Positions 12,702 through 24,640 of a stretch of 64,000 nucleotides of DNA are shown here, in pieces; the first letter of the stretch is position 1; every line of letters starts with the position of its first letter. The DNA lies in NCBI GenBank assembly GCA_964234715.1, contig OZ174281.1; one strand, written 5' to 3'. Below the pieces are notes generated by a model. The model searched no databases. It had not been told where the DNA came from and worked only from the letters and a program-made list of their open reading frames with translations. This stretch comes from Podarcis melisellensis. Taxonomy: Eukaryota. The position numbers and the translations under genes are program-made.

Positions 12702-13675
12702 CCGTATTTTTCGCTCCATAGGACGCACTTTTTCCCCTCCAAAAATGAAGGGGAAATGTGTGTGCGTCCTATGGTGCGAATGCAGGCTTTCGCTGAAGCC
12801 TGGAGAGCGAGAGGCATTGGTGCGCACCGACCCCTCTCGCTCTCCAGGCTTCAGGAAGCTATCCACAAGCCTTGCAAGCCCGGCGGGAGTTCCCGCGGGC
12901 TCACAAGTCTTGCGGGCAGCAGCCTGCAGCCCCAGCGAGTGTCCGCAAGCCTTGCGCGCCCGGCGGGAGGTCCCATCGTACAAGTACAATGTATGATGGG
13001 CAGACACTCGCCCAAGTACGGGGCTCCCCGTACTTGGGCGAGTGTCTGCAAGACTGGCGCGCCCGCCAGGCACACGAGGCTTGGGGCGGCACCTGTTGCC
13101 CGAAGCACAGGGAGCCCTCTGGAGGGCTCCCCGTACTTGGGCGAGTGTCTGCAAGCCTTGCGCACCCGGCAGGAGCCGGAGGGCTCCCCGTGCTTCGGGC
13201 GAGTATCTGCAAGCCTTGCGCACCCGGTGGGAGGTCCCGCCGGGCGAGCTAGGCTTGGGGCGGCAGCCTGCGAAGGAGAGGCGCTGCGCAGAGAGAGAGA
13301 GAAGGCACAGCGCCCCTTGAGCAACGCGCCTGTCCAGCGAAGCCGGAGGAGGAACAGAAGGGTTTCCTCCTGTTCCTTCTCCAGGTTCGCTGAAAGGTGA
13401 TGCCCCTTCTCCCTCTCTGCGCAGCACCTCTCCTGTGAAGGAGGGGCGCTGGGCAGAGAGAGAGAAGGCGCAGCGACTTCTGGCTTCTGCTTTAGCCCTG
13501 CGCAGTGCCTTCTGGCTTCTGCTTTAACCCTGTGCAGCCTCTTTGGGCAGGGGGAGCCCAGAAGCCAGAACAGCCACACAGTATCCCAGAAGCCAGATCC
13601 CTCTTGCTGTTCTGGCTTCTGGGGTTCAGAATAATTTTTTCTTGTTTTCTGCCTCCCAAAACTATCGTCCGGTGC
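12702..13675. mobile_element. CpG-rich pogo/Tigger-type non-autonomous DNA transposon, right TIR truncated
   Basis: TA followed by ccgtatttttcgctccataggacgcac. The first ~150 bp are nearly identical to 36245-36397. Ends in tatcgtccggtgc, matching the sub-terminal part of the second copy's right end. Confidence 0.8.
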
Positions 13676-14339
13676 AAATTAAAGTGGTTAGACGCGTCCC
13701 TGCTGAGTTATGTAAGAACGAGCGAGTTCATCCATTTTCCTGGATAGGCAAGCACTAGGATTGAAACAAAAGAGAAAGGGAGGTTTCTTCCTGCTCTGAG
13801 CAGAGCCAATAGAAACTAGAATATTGCTGTACCTACATTTCCCAGTCTGCCTTGAGGTCTAAAAGGGGGGGAAAGGCATTATCTTTTCTTAAAGGGGCAG
13901 AATTATTCCTTCTACATAATACTAATACACAAATTCGCTATCACTAAATAACTGACCCTTGTGGGGGCAGAACAATGCTAATACTTAGGCTTACAAAATA
14001 CTTTGGTTGTTAATCTAGCATAGTCTGGTACCTTTTCACCAATTATGACAGTGAATATTATTACTACAACTATGAGCAAGGTATGATTTGGGCTGCATCC
14101 GACTGAAGTCATATTGAATACTGGACCCATTAAAATCAATGGACAGTACTATTATCCCCACATAGCACTGGAGACACAGATACCAGCCTACATAAAGGCC
14201 ATCTAACCATGGCTGGGCAAGAATTGAGCCAGAAACTCACATGTGACACTCTCAGCCATTGCAGCACACTGGATTTCAGCATTAATAGCTACTAGAATCC
14301 TTCAGGAAATTGAGATCATGTCACAATTCTATTACTTTC

Positions 14340-14509
14340 CCCATATTTTCCAACATTGGCAAGAGATCACTGTGGGATGAGGTGAGGATATCATCAATAT
14401 GCTGATGACGTAAAACAGATCAAGGTGAACCATTTTTCAAAACTTGCTTTTGACTATGACTGTTATTGATAATGGTGTTGTATATTTTATGGTTGTAAAC
14501 CCCTTAGAG
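14340..14509 (+). mobile_element. Degenerate L2-like LINE scraps (QYADD motif, 3' tail)
   Basis: catcaatatgctgatgac reads HQYADD, followed by an L2-like tail ending ttgtaaacccc. Confidence 0.45.
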
Positions 14510-14695
14510 CAGGGGGAGTCAACCTTTTTATACCTACCACCCACTAATGAATCTTTCTTGATGGTAAAATTTCCTTACGGCCCACCAGTTCTCAATGGAA
14601 GGAGGATTCAGCTTGTGCCATAGAACCCCCTACTGCCCACCTAGAATTCTGAAATGCCCATTAGTGGGCGGTAGGGACCAGGTTGACAACCCCTG
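14510..14695. mobile_element. hAT-type MITE (186 bp)
   Basis: TIRs cagggggagtcaacc / ggttgacaacccctg (13/15). Perfect 8-bp TSD ccttagag at 14502-14509 and 14696-14703. Confidence 0.9.
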
Positions 14696-15699
14696 CCTTA
14701 GAGGTTCTATTTATAGTTAAAATTTATAGTATAAAATTTTTGTTAAATAAAATAACATTGGTTGGGGGGGAATCTTACTCTATGTTTGGAATTAACAGAG
14801 TGATGATGGATGAGTGACATAAATGGATTGGTTTAATCTTTGCCTAGTATTTTATAACTAAAAGTAATGGGAAACTCACAAAGACTTAACAAAACATGAT
14901 GATATTCCCTCTCCACAATGCTGGCATCATTTAAGTTGTTACATCTTCTGTAAACCCAGGATCAAAACAGAAATATCCTATTAGCTAAATGTGGAAACAG
15001 CAAAGAGGATGCGAACTTAAAGGATGTGTTCTCTGGGATGCTTTCTGCATGAAATATAAAGCACAGTGTCCCCAAAACAAATACAATTTTAAAAGGCTGA
15101 TTTTTAGCTTTCAAAAACAGCATTATAGAAAGCTGTCCTTTTTCAAAAAAATCTTTACAATCAAAGGGTGAGGAATACAAACTAAGCAATGAAGCATGAT
15201 GCTGCTGTATTTCTATAATGCACTTGGTAATTCGTAATTAAGGCTGCATTGTAAACAATGCCAAAATTTGGCTAGCTTTCTTGCTTTTCACCATAAATAG
15301 TAGACTAACGAGTCTGACATTCTCAAGGAGCATTTCACATTTCTTCCAGATTTTTACTAATGTGTGCTTTGAATATATTGGATTGCAGCACTAAGTTAAA
15401 GTCACTTAATGGTACAATTGATCTGCTGGCAACTTGATTGCACAATAGATTAGGAGGGACAGTGGCAGGAGAGGCTATGCCCATTCCACCTTTAGCTTAT
15501 TTAAGGGGGTGGCCAGGTGCCGGCTGCCCTATTTGCTGACCACAACAGGATTTTTCACCCACCCCAGTATGTTAGTGGTCTGCCCAGTGGGGAAGCAGAA
15601 GTGTGGCATACAGTCTTTGCTATGCTTTGCTTGGTCGTCATGTTCGGGGGCAGGGAGGAATTTTCTTCTGCAAGCAATTTGGCATGTTTTCACCTACCT

Positions 15700-15975
15700 C
15701 ACAGTAACTCTTACAACTTTGGGGGATAAGGCATTGGGCTGGAGGATACACTGCTAAAGGGGTCTGGGAGGGGTGACTCTCCAGGAATCCACACAGGGAC
15801 TGATGGGCCAATACACTCTTCAAATGGCAGCCTGTGTGGGGTTGTGGCACAGTACAGTATCAAACCCACTAGGCTCCTCTCAGATGTGTTGCCTGATGCT
15901 GGATACATGCCCAATGCCTAAGCCAAACCTACCCTTTCCTGTAATCAATAAAGTTGTGGCCTAATTCAACCCATG
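15700..15975 (+). mobile_element. Possible LTR remnant
   Basis: Ends in ...caataaagttgtggc, shared with 47590-47790 together with ccca(a/g)tgcctaagccaaa. Boundaries are uncertain. Confidence 0.4.
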
Positions 15976-16879
15976 CTCATTCTTTCAGCCTTCCCTGTAC
16001 CAGTTGAGGACATCATGTGCCTATGGCGGCAATCCTCTGTTGTGCAGCAGTAAATCTCACATTTCCAAAAACCTGCATGTGAACCAAACATATGGAATTT
16101 AATCTTGAATAAACTCCTCTCTGAATTCTTTAAACCAAGTTTTTTATTGGCTGGTAATTCCCAATGAGCCAAGATCTTTTCCTTAGAACTGTACCTGAGC
16201 AAGACTTCCTCTATCACTGAAGATTATAAAACTAGATTTAGTGTTATTTTATGTTCAGTTTGTAACTAAAGTTTTATGTCCAAGCGGACAAACATGACTG
16301 ACTGGTCAAATGTGCAGGCGGCTGCTTTAATAGCATGGGCTTCTCACTTGTCAGGATCTATATATATATTTCCCCTGTCAGAACTTACCTCACAATGGAG
16401 AAAGATTGCTAGACATACCCAGGTTAATGTTAAAGCTACTGGCCAATAAAATATTCTGTCAGTGACTGCACATCAACCCACATTTGAATTCTCTGTTCTT
16501 GATTAAACATATAGGTATAAGTGCAGGTGAACGGGAATTTGCTCTTTTATGAAGTAAAGTCTGACAGAAAATGTAAAATGCTCTGGCATGCTGCTCTATG
16601 CAATCCTGAGACACATGCTCAAACACTTTTACAGAGAACAGGATTTCACAGCAGTACTTATTGCAGGAACAAGACATCACATGTAATATCCTTCGCTCAC
16701 ATGCTATAAGAAAGCACTAAAAATGAACATATGGTTGCTGTCCCTTGCCCCATTTTCTTCCCTGTAGATAAACTGTCCTGGCATCAGATGTCTCTCACTT
16801 TGAGGGTTTGCAAGTTATAATAGAAGCATAACACAGGAAGCGGCTTCTTCATAACATGCAAAAGTCTAGGACTCAGACC

Positions 16880-17256
16880 AGCGCCACACAATTCAAAGGG
16901 TTGGTGCTGACCTTCAAAGGCCTTGTATACCTGAAGGAGTGCTGCCATGCCCATCATTCAGCCCAGACACTGAGGTCCAGCGCCGAGGGCCTTCTGGTGG
17001 TTCCCTCACTGCGAGAAGTGAGGTTACAGGGAACCAGGCAGAGGGCCTTCTCAGGAGTGCCGCCCTCCCTGTGGAACACCCTCCCTTCAGATGTCAAGAA
17101 GAAAAATAACTATACAACTTTCAGAAGACCTCTGAAGGCAGACCTGTATCGAGAAGTTTAAATGTTTGATGTTTTAATATGTGTTGCAAGCTGCCCAGAG
17201 TGGCTGGAACAGCCCAGCCAGATGGATGGTGTATAAATAATAAAATTATTATTATT
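16880..17256 (+). mobile_element. L2-clade LINE 3' end
   Basis: ORF 16856-17161 has QFKGLVLTFKGL..LRSS..LVVP..RAFS..PSLWNTLP..F.RPLK, typical of L2 ORF2 C-termini, followed by an (ATT)n tail. Confidence 0.85.
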
Positions 17257-18263
17257 AAAGTAAATAGTCTTCATTCCTTCTCTTGTATATAACTCCACAA
17301 TGTATAACCACAACACATAGACAAATCCACTAGCATTCCCCCACCCACACCATAACTGTTGTTACAGCAACGCTTTCTGACAAAGATTAGGAATCAGAGG
17401 GAAGAAAGGTGTACAAATTCTGTCTCAGCACAGTCTGCTGTTACCAGGTGGCTGAGAAGCAGGAATGGCATCGGCTACCTGATATAATAAATGAAGTAAG
17501 TATGTGGCATAATTTCACCTGGGTAGTTTAGTATTCATAGCATATGCCTTTAAGCTCTGCCAAACCACAAAGTTGAAATGCATACCTAATAAATATCTGT
17601 AGCACCCTTTATCACAACGTATTGTTATGCATTTGGGGGAGGGGCAGACTCTCCAGACCCAGTAAAGAGCTGGAATTTGAGCACCTTCATGAATTCATGA
17701 GGTGAGAAAAGTTTGGTTAATTAAAAGCCAAGTGCTGTTGCATTCAGTTTAGGATCACAAGCCAAGGCAGCTTCACATAGCTAGCCAGAGATGGCCCATG
17801 ATGGCATCCATCTGTCTCAAGAGACAATGGAGCGCACCCTATGGGAGTGCTATGTTAGGAGCACTCAAGTGACCTCCCCGGAGTACAAGCAGTGTGTATA
17901 GTTACAGCAATAGCCTTTTTGTATGTGTATTAAAACAGATAATACCTTAAATAACTGGACTAGCTACTGAGGGGCAGACTTCCACACTGAAGGAACTGTC
18001 CTCTCAATGTCCAATTTCCTTACTGAATGAAGACTACAATGCATCAACCTAGTTATCGGCTTGGCTTGGCTTTGCAGGCAGCTCTGCCTGATTTTTAGTT
18101 TACCTTTTTCTAGTTCTCAGACAAAATAGCAACAGAACTGAGTGTTCATCTTGTTATTTAAGCATCAGTACATGAGCCTCAAATTTTGTTGTCTTCCCTG
18201 CCCCTGATTACTTGTTCTAATATCCTTCAGACAAGGGAAACATATTGGAGTTCTTGCTTTTAC

Positions 18264-18374
18264 CTTTGCTTCAATCTGTTTAGTATCTGGATTTTGGAAC
18301 AAGAATTTGATTTTGCTCTTGCCATCATCTGAAGACCCTTTAAGCTGGGAAAACTTGTACCGCCATAGTACAGC
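18264..18374 (-). CDS. SNTG1: SNTG1 coding exon, 111 bp (AVLWRYKFSQLKGSSDDGKSKIKFLFQNPDTKQIEAK)
   Basis: Manual translation. C-rich pyrimidine tract ending ctttag, donor GTAAAA. Contains the syntrophin LKGSSDDG signature. Confidence 0.96.
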
Positions 18375-19117
18375 CTAAAGGGGGGGGGACAAGAAAAAAA
18401 CATACACAGGAACATCAGCACACAAAATATAAGCAGAGAAAAAGTCCTTCTAGGGAACTTTATAACGTACCAATGATAATAAAATTAAACAAGAGCATTG
18501 TTCTCTGCTCCCGAATCTCTTTGATCATAAAACTGCATTACATTTTGACAGTGTCTGGTTCAGAGCAGTCAGGCTGCATTTGTAAAATGTTCGTTGAAAT
18601 CCTTTTAGCTTCACCTGACCCTCGTTAACAACAAAAGATAGAAGTAAAGAGAAGACCCCAATTTACACTATGTCAAAGATGTGGTAAATAAGCCAGACTC
18701 CATCTCCTGTCCTGAGCACCTATTTATTTGCAGATTAACTCATTTTCCTAGTGCAAAGTTAGTGTTCTGATAACTTCCATTTCAATAAAATTGGCCAAAT
18801 GGGCTGATGAATGTTATGTAATGGAGCAGGGTTTCCAAATGGCTTCCTACCTGAGGAGGAAAACATAGGACTATCATCTTGTGCTTTAGAACTTCCTTCT
18901 ACCCATCATTATCAAACTATATCTGTATGCCCATTTCTAGGTGAGACAAATATACCAATCAGATTGCCACACTTGGGACTTTGGCTTCATTCAGCTCTTG
19001 TGAAAGCAAAGAAACCATCTGTAATTCCAAAACTGTAACCTGGGGTAATGGATCCAACTGCCTTTAAAGAAATTGTTCTCCAAAGAATGATGAAATATTA
19101 CAAACTCTACCTATCAA

Positions 19118-19306
19118 GGGACACGGGTGGTGCTGTGGGTTAAACCACAGAGCCTAGGACTTGCGGATCAGAAGGTCAGCAGTTCGAATCCCCGCGACGG
19201 GGTGAGCTCCCATTGCTCGGTCCCAGCTCCTGCCAACCTAGCAGTTCGAAAGCACGTCAAAGTGCAAGTAGATAAATAGGTACTACTCCGGCTGGAAGGT
19301 AAACGG
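19118..19306 (+). mobile_element. Sauria-type SINE, 5' half
   Basis: tRNA-like head (ggtggtgctgtggg A box, gttcgaatccc B box), then gcagttcgaaagcacgtcaaagtgcaagtagataaataggtac. Confidence 0.88.
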
Positions 19307-21744
19307 TTTTTCCATACATACATAAAAAATAGGGTAGGCTTTAAAAATGCACATCTCAAGTGTCAAAGGCCAGGGGAAAGAGGTAGCCCTTCAGCATTCA
19401 CTGAATACGGGATGTGAATAAATGGTCTTCTTTACGTTTTTGACATGTAAACATGGGCTGCTATATGTAAGCCTTATGAAGATATTCAAATTTCTGGCAA
19501 AGTGGCAGGTCTGTGGGAGTACTTATTCAGGTGCATGCCTCAGCATCATGTACACTTGGTACAATAGTGTAGCATCCAAGCTTTTTACAGCAGTCTAGCA
19601 TTCCGTTTTGGGTGTCAGGATTCCCTCACACAGGTTCACTCAGTTCTTAAAACAACAGTTTAATACTAAATGTTAGAACATATTATAATGTAATATACAA
19701 TGAGCACATTGGGATCCTCAGGCTGGGGAGCTCAAGTTCATAAATGCAAATTTATAGCCAAAAGTTATAAAGTTTCCAATAGCCAGTATAAGTTTGGCTT
19801 TCCAAAAGTAATAGGTATTGCTGCTCAGCATCAGATAAATACAAGTTTTAGGGTTTTAAGCCCTCAGTGTATTTTTTTTGTATTTTCACATGCTGGTTTT
19901 ATAATGGTGGACAATTTTATAATTGTTTGTATTGTAGTTCTTTTTTTACTTTAATTGAAGCCTCCCTGAAAATACAGTTGTATTTAAGCTTCAGGGTTTA
20001 CATTTAGCAAACAAATTAGAAGATTCCTCCCCTCCACACACACACATTAATGTGGAAAATACTAATAGAGATAATGCTCTGTAATCCTTATTTCCTCCAG
20101 GTCACTATTAACCCCAACGTGAAGAAGCAGATACTGAGGGTGAGATATTTAACTTGGGTATAAAATTGCTATGCTGAGACAGGCCATCTGGTTCATCATT
20201 CTGTCTCTAGCTATGGACAAATGCCTAAGGGAAGTTTAGAAGAAGGGCAAGATGGTGACAACCGTGTTAATCTGAAGAAATAAACATCCACTGATTGATC
20301 TTTGAAAACTAATCTAGCATTCTGGTCCATAACTGCAATCAATTTCAGTGGGTTAAATTAAGCATTTTAACCAGTCATCTCCAGCCTTTCATTTGCTTTA
20401 CCCCTGCCTCTAGACTACTGATAAACTTCATTTCAGCAATGACACATTGTGCAACTTCCCATTCTCAGATTTTAACAACTAAATGCCTGGGATATAGAGC
20501 AAAATCTTGAAAAGATTGTAATGTTGGCACTAGGTGTGGCTCCTTAGAGAGGGATTCCAAAGTCAAAGAGCCACAACAGCTTCTTTGCAGCTGTGTATTA
20601 TATCTCTGTGCAAGAAATTTCTTGGATATGGACCTCTACAGAAGATTTTTAGACACAATAAGATTGCTATAAGATGACTAAGCTTATTAATCAGGGCTGG
20701 GTGGGAAATCTCTGTATGAGTCCCAATTTAGACTGCAATGCTGCTTTCTCTAAACCATGACCACTTGCCCCACACCTGATAGTCTCATTTGTTGATGCAC
20801 TTTCATTACCCTTCGAAGGCACTTGATGCAAGATCCTAATTGTCCATTTGCAGATGCTGCTTGGGCATAGGACACCTGCACAACATTGTAGCAAGGATCA
20901 TGGACTTAGAAGGGCTATAGTGATGGGGGGGGGGCTAAAGCAAGGGGAGAGGGTTTGCCTGGTGCCTGCCTTCACATCTTCACATCCAGCAGAGACCTTT
21001 TTGTTTTCCTAGACCTGCTTTAGCTTCTCAGTTGGCCTTCATTTCTATCAAATGATTTCTTGCTGCTTTTATCTAGCTATCATTATTATTTCTGCTATTG
21101 CCTGCTGGTTTTTTAAAACAAGCGGTTTTTTTTTTTTGTATTCTGTTTACATAAGCTGCCCTGGAAGCTTTGTTGAAAGGTGGGTTACAAATGCACATGT
21201 TCAGAAGGTCAAAAGTGAGCAGGAAAAAACCAAAGCACAAAACCACTACAAACCATGCAATGGCGGCCATCCAGGCACCAGCAAACAAAATGTACATTAG
21301 TTGCAAAAAAAGTTAATAAGCACCCTCCCTCTCTAACTTTTCTGTGATCTTTTGATCATCACCAAACTTCTCATTTTCCAGTCCAAATTCCAGGATAATG
21401 CAGTATTTCAAGAACTGCTTCTCAGCAAAATGAAAATAATGGGAACTATCAATGTGCACTTGCTAGGAAACATTATTAATTTGACATTTCATACTACAAC
21501 TGGCTGAACATATTTTACCCTATGTCAGGAAACCTGAACTTCCTACCTAATTTGTTGATTCTCGCAGGCCTGGTGTGAAATGGTTTAGCATTAACTGCCT
21601 GAGCTCTGGACTTGTGTGCTCCTCATTTCCTCTTCTCGTATGGCTGCAAGGAGGAAATTGGAAACTTTGGTTTCCATTCTGATTTACCCACAGTGTATTG
21701 TTACATCCAAACTTTAAAGAGGTTCATCTGAACCGTAATGTAGA

Positions 21745-21865
21745 GTTGGGGTGGCCAACCTGTAGCTCTGCAGTTGTTATTCCACTACAACTCCCACCAG
21801 ATCCAGACACCGTGGACAAGGCTGATGGGAGTTCTAGTTCAACAGCATCTGAGGGGCTGTAGGCT
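21745..21865. mobile_element. Short hairpin-type hAT-like MITE, diverged
   Basis: ggggtggccaacctgt...actacaactccca...tgggagttctagtt...catctgagggg. Confidence 0.6.
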
Positions 21866-22549
21866 TAGGAAAACAAACCAATTTCCTAAACCATGGTTTT
21901 GTTGGGATTTGGTTAGTTAAACTCTGGTTAGTTAAAAATGGAAGTAAAAACTACTGTTCTCCTTGTGCCTGCACTAGAGGAAAACAGAGGGCAGGGTGGC
22001 TAATGAAGCCCAGGCTCGTTCCTGCAACACTCAATTATAGTGTTGCATTACATCCAAATGAGGCTGACATAGCTCTTGTTAGAAACATCTGTTCCTCTTG
22101 ATTTTATTAGAGGATACATCTAATTGGAAAAAAAAACCTCTAGAAGCATCACATTCTTATTGCTCTTGACATTGTATCATGCAAACACACTGTTCCAAGA
22201 TGGGCTTAATACATCCTTCCTTGAATTCACTTTTGTTACAAAGCTTTGCTACTTAGCAGAGCTTGGAATTGGCACTCTGGGAAATAGGCAGTGTATCAGC
22301 CATCCCATCATGCCAGCTCGTTCCGACCAAAATGAAAGCTACCCTCAAGTGTGCCAGGTGCTAGGTTTGGAGTGGTGAAGAATCCTGATTACTTCTTAGG
22401 CACTTGCTTTTTTCCTTGTTTGGCACAAATGATTTAATTTTAATTGGAAGCTGCAGGGTTAGCTTCATTGCCAGCTAATAATGACCCGATTTCAGAAAAC
22501 ATGGAAGCTGCTAAAGCCATCTGGCTTTGTGGGTTGAGGAATTTCAAAA

Positions 22550-22880
22550 CCAAGAATATCCCTGTTGGATAACACCAAGGATCCATTGAGTCCAGCATCC
22601 TGCTTCTAGAAGTGATCAGCCGGATGGTTTCGGGAATTCTACAAATATGTCAAGAAGGCATCTGTTCTCTTGTTTGCCCCACAACAAATAATATTCTGAG
22701 ACAAGCTGCCTCTGAATTTGAAGGTACAATTTAGCTGCCATGGTTAATATTCATAGGCATATCCTCTGTGAATTAATTTTTATTACCCTCTGAAGCCCCC
22801 TGTCTTATATCTAGTGGCAGCAACTTCCATTCAGTTAACTATGTGATATGATATGAAAAGGACTTTCTTTTGTTTGTCTT
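22550..22880 (-). mobile_element. CR1 LINE 3' end, diverged
   Basis: ctgttggataacaccaaggatccattgagtccagcatcctg... resembles the reverse-strand reptilian CR1 3' UTR. Confidence 0.65.
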
Positions 22881-22881
22881 T

Positions 22882-23060
22882 TGTGGTAGAGGATCAAGTT
22901 TGCCTGCAGAAGGTCATGGGTTCAAACTCTGGCAACTCCAGGTAGGGTTGGAGAAGATTGCCTGCCTGAAACCCTGGACTGCCACTGCCAATCAGTGTCA
23001 AGATTACTAAGCAAAATGGACTAATCATCTGACTTGATGTAAGGTAGCCTTTTATGTTTA
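22882..23060 (+). mobile_element. tRNA-derived SINE (Squam3-like)
   Basis: gtggtagag...cagaaggtcatgggttcaaactctggc head and gaaaccctgga...taaggtagc tail. Confidence 0.75.
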
Positions 23061-23061
23061 T

Positions 23062-23237
23062 GGGGAAGGGCTACAACTCAGTGGTACAGCATCTGGTTTG
23101 CATGAAGGTGGTCCAAGGTTTAATTGGCTGCATCTCCAGTTAGGAATGAAAATATCCCCCATCAGAAACCCTGGAGATCTGCTGCTTTATCAGTGCAGTG
23201 GTCTGATTTGAAATAAGGCAGCTTCTAGTGTTTCTAT
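23062..23237 (+). mobile_element. tRNA-derived SINE (Squam3-like), second tandem copy
   Basis: ggggaagggctacaactcagtggtacagcatctgg...gaaaccctggaga...ataaggcagcttc. Confidence 0.75.
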
Positions 23238-24299
23238 TAATGACCACAACTTCCAATGTTTCAGTCATCTTTTTCATACCAAGCATAATTTATGCATAGT
23301 TATGCTCAGGCTAAAGGGGTGGGGAGCGTTACATAAATATTTCCTAGTTTGGTGATAGTGGTAATGAAACCCTAACAATACATGCTATTCTGCAAAAGCC
23401 ATGATACTGGATTCCAATGAAGACTGTAGGGAGTTGATTGCTCTTTTGGACAGAAAATTACAATATGGGAACTGAAACAATGACTGAACTACCATCAGTA
23501 TAATGATAATGACAAATTTCCATTTTCTGAACACAAAGTGGTAGGTGACAGTCTTGAACTGGAATATGGTACCAGGGAAGAATTGGGGGGGGGTGTACAA
23601 CTTGATACTTCATCCAGATAAGATGGAAATGCTGTTAAAGGCTCCATTAATTTGAAGATGAGTATCCAATCTCTTCTGGATGAAGATGCTTTCTCTTCCA
23701 AGGTATGTACAGATGGATTTGCTCCTGGATTCAGCCTGCACTTTTTAACCAGCTTTGGCTTGTTTGCCTCTTGAGCCACAGGAATTGATCCTGGCCTCTG
23801 TATTCAATCCATAACAAATCTAAGGGATGCTTACTAAAGAATAATTAATTTGTGCTTCGTGTAATTTATTTGTATGCTTTGTGTTTACACTTCTTGCTAG
23901 CTACTTTAGATGTTGTTTACTATAGAAAAGTGATGTAATAATAATCAAGAACTACAAAGGCTTTGAAACCCAAAGGCCATCACTCATCACCCCAACCCCC
24001 CGGTTTTTGATGAATGGCAGGAGAGATAAAAGGATAAGGATCTCAAGTTTGAATTATTCAACTTTACTGGCATCAGAAAAGGAAAAGCAGCAGTAGGATT
24101 TTGTCTTCACTCATGAATTTCAAAGATAACGAAAAGCCTTTTTGAGTTTCTCAAAAAAATAAAAATGCCAGGATAGATTATGATATGCTGTTATGAGTGT
24201 TGCTTCCACAAGTAATAAATTGTAAAGATCAATAATATTGGGTAGCAGTAGCTTTCTACTGAAAAATACCATTGCTGTGAGGTAGGAATCTTCATAGTA

Positions 24300-24640
24300 C
24301 AAGATCCCATGTGATCTGGAACCCTGAGCAATCGGTTCCTCCTCTTGTATTATTGTGAGCAGAATGTCAGAATAAAGCTGTTGAATTCCTATGCTTGTGT
24401 CACCAACCTCAAGGAAGCTTCCTAACTGGACCAAAATCTTGGGCTTAGTCCCTTTATCTGCTTTCTGTGGGCAAGCCTTCTCCTACAATTCATGTGACTG
24501 GCGACAGCCCCCACCTCACCATGTCCTCAAGAAATGGATTCACTCAGTTGAGTCAGAGGCTCTCTCAAAGTTTGGTGAGAAAAGCTCAGAGATCTCAAAA
24601 CCCTTCTGGCATTTTCTTGTGGGCCAGATCAGGGACTTTT
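24300..24640 (+). mobile_element. Possible very old L1 ORF2 C-terminal remnant
   Basis: SHVIW motif, then ORF 24391-24732 with WRQPPP..KKWIHSV..SKPFWHFL, loosely matching the L1 C-terminal pattern. Weak. Confidence 0.3.

Noticed and set aside
12676-13758. Cluster of long overlapping ORFs (up to 242 aa) on both strands
   Set aside because: They arise from the GC-rich, stop-poor repetitive MITE interior. The translations are low-complexity with no transposase motifs.
19118-19200. tRNA-like sequence (also at 22882, 23062 and 41817)
   Set aside because: These are SINE heads continuing into SINE bodies, with no intact cloverleaf.
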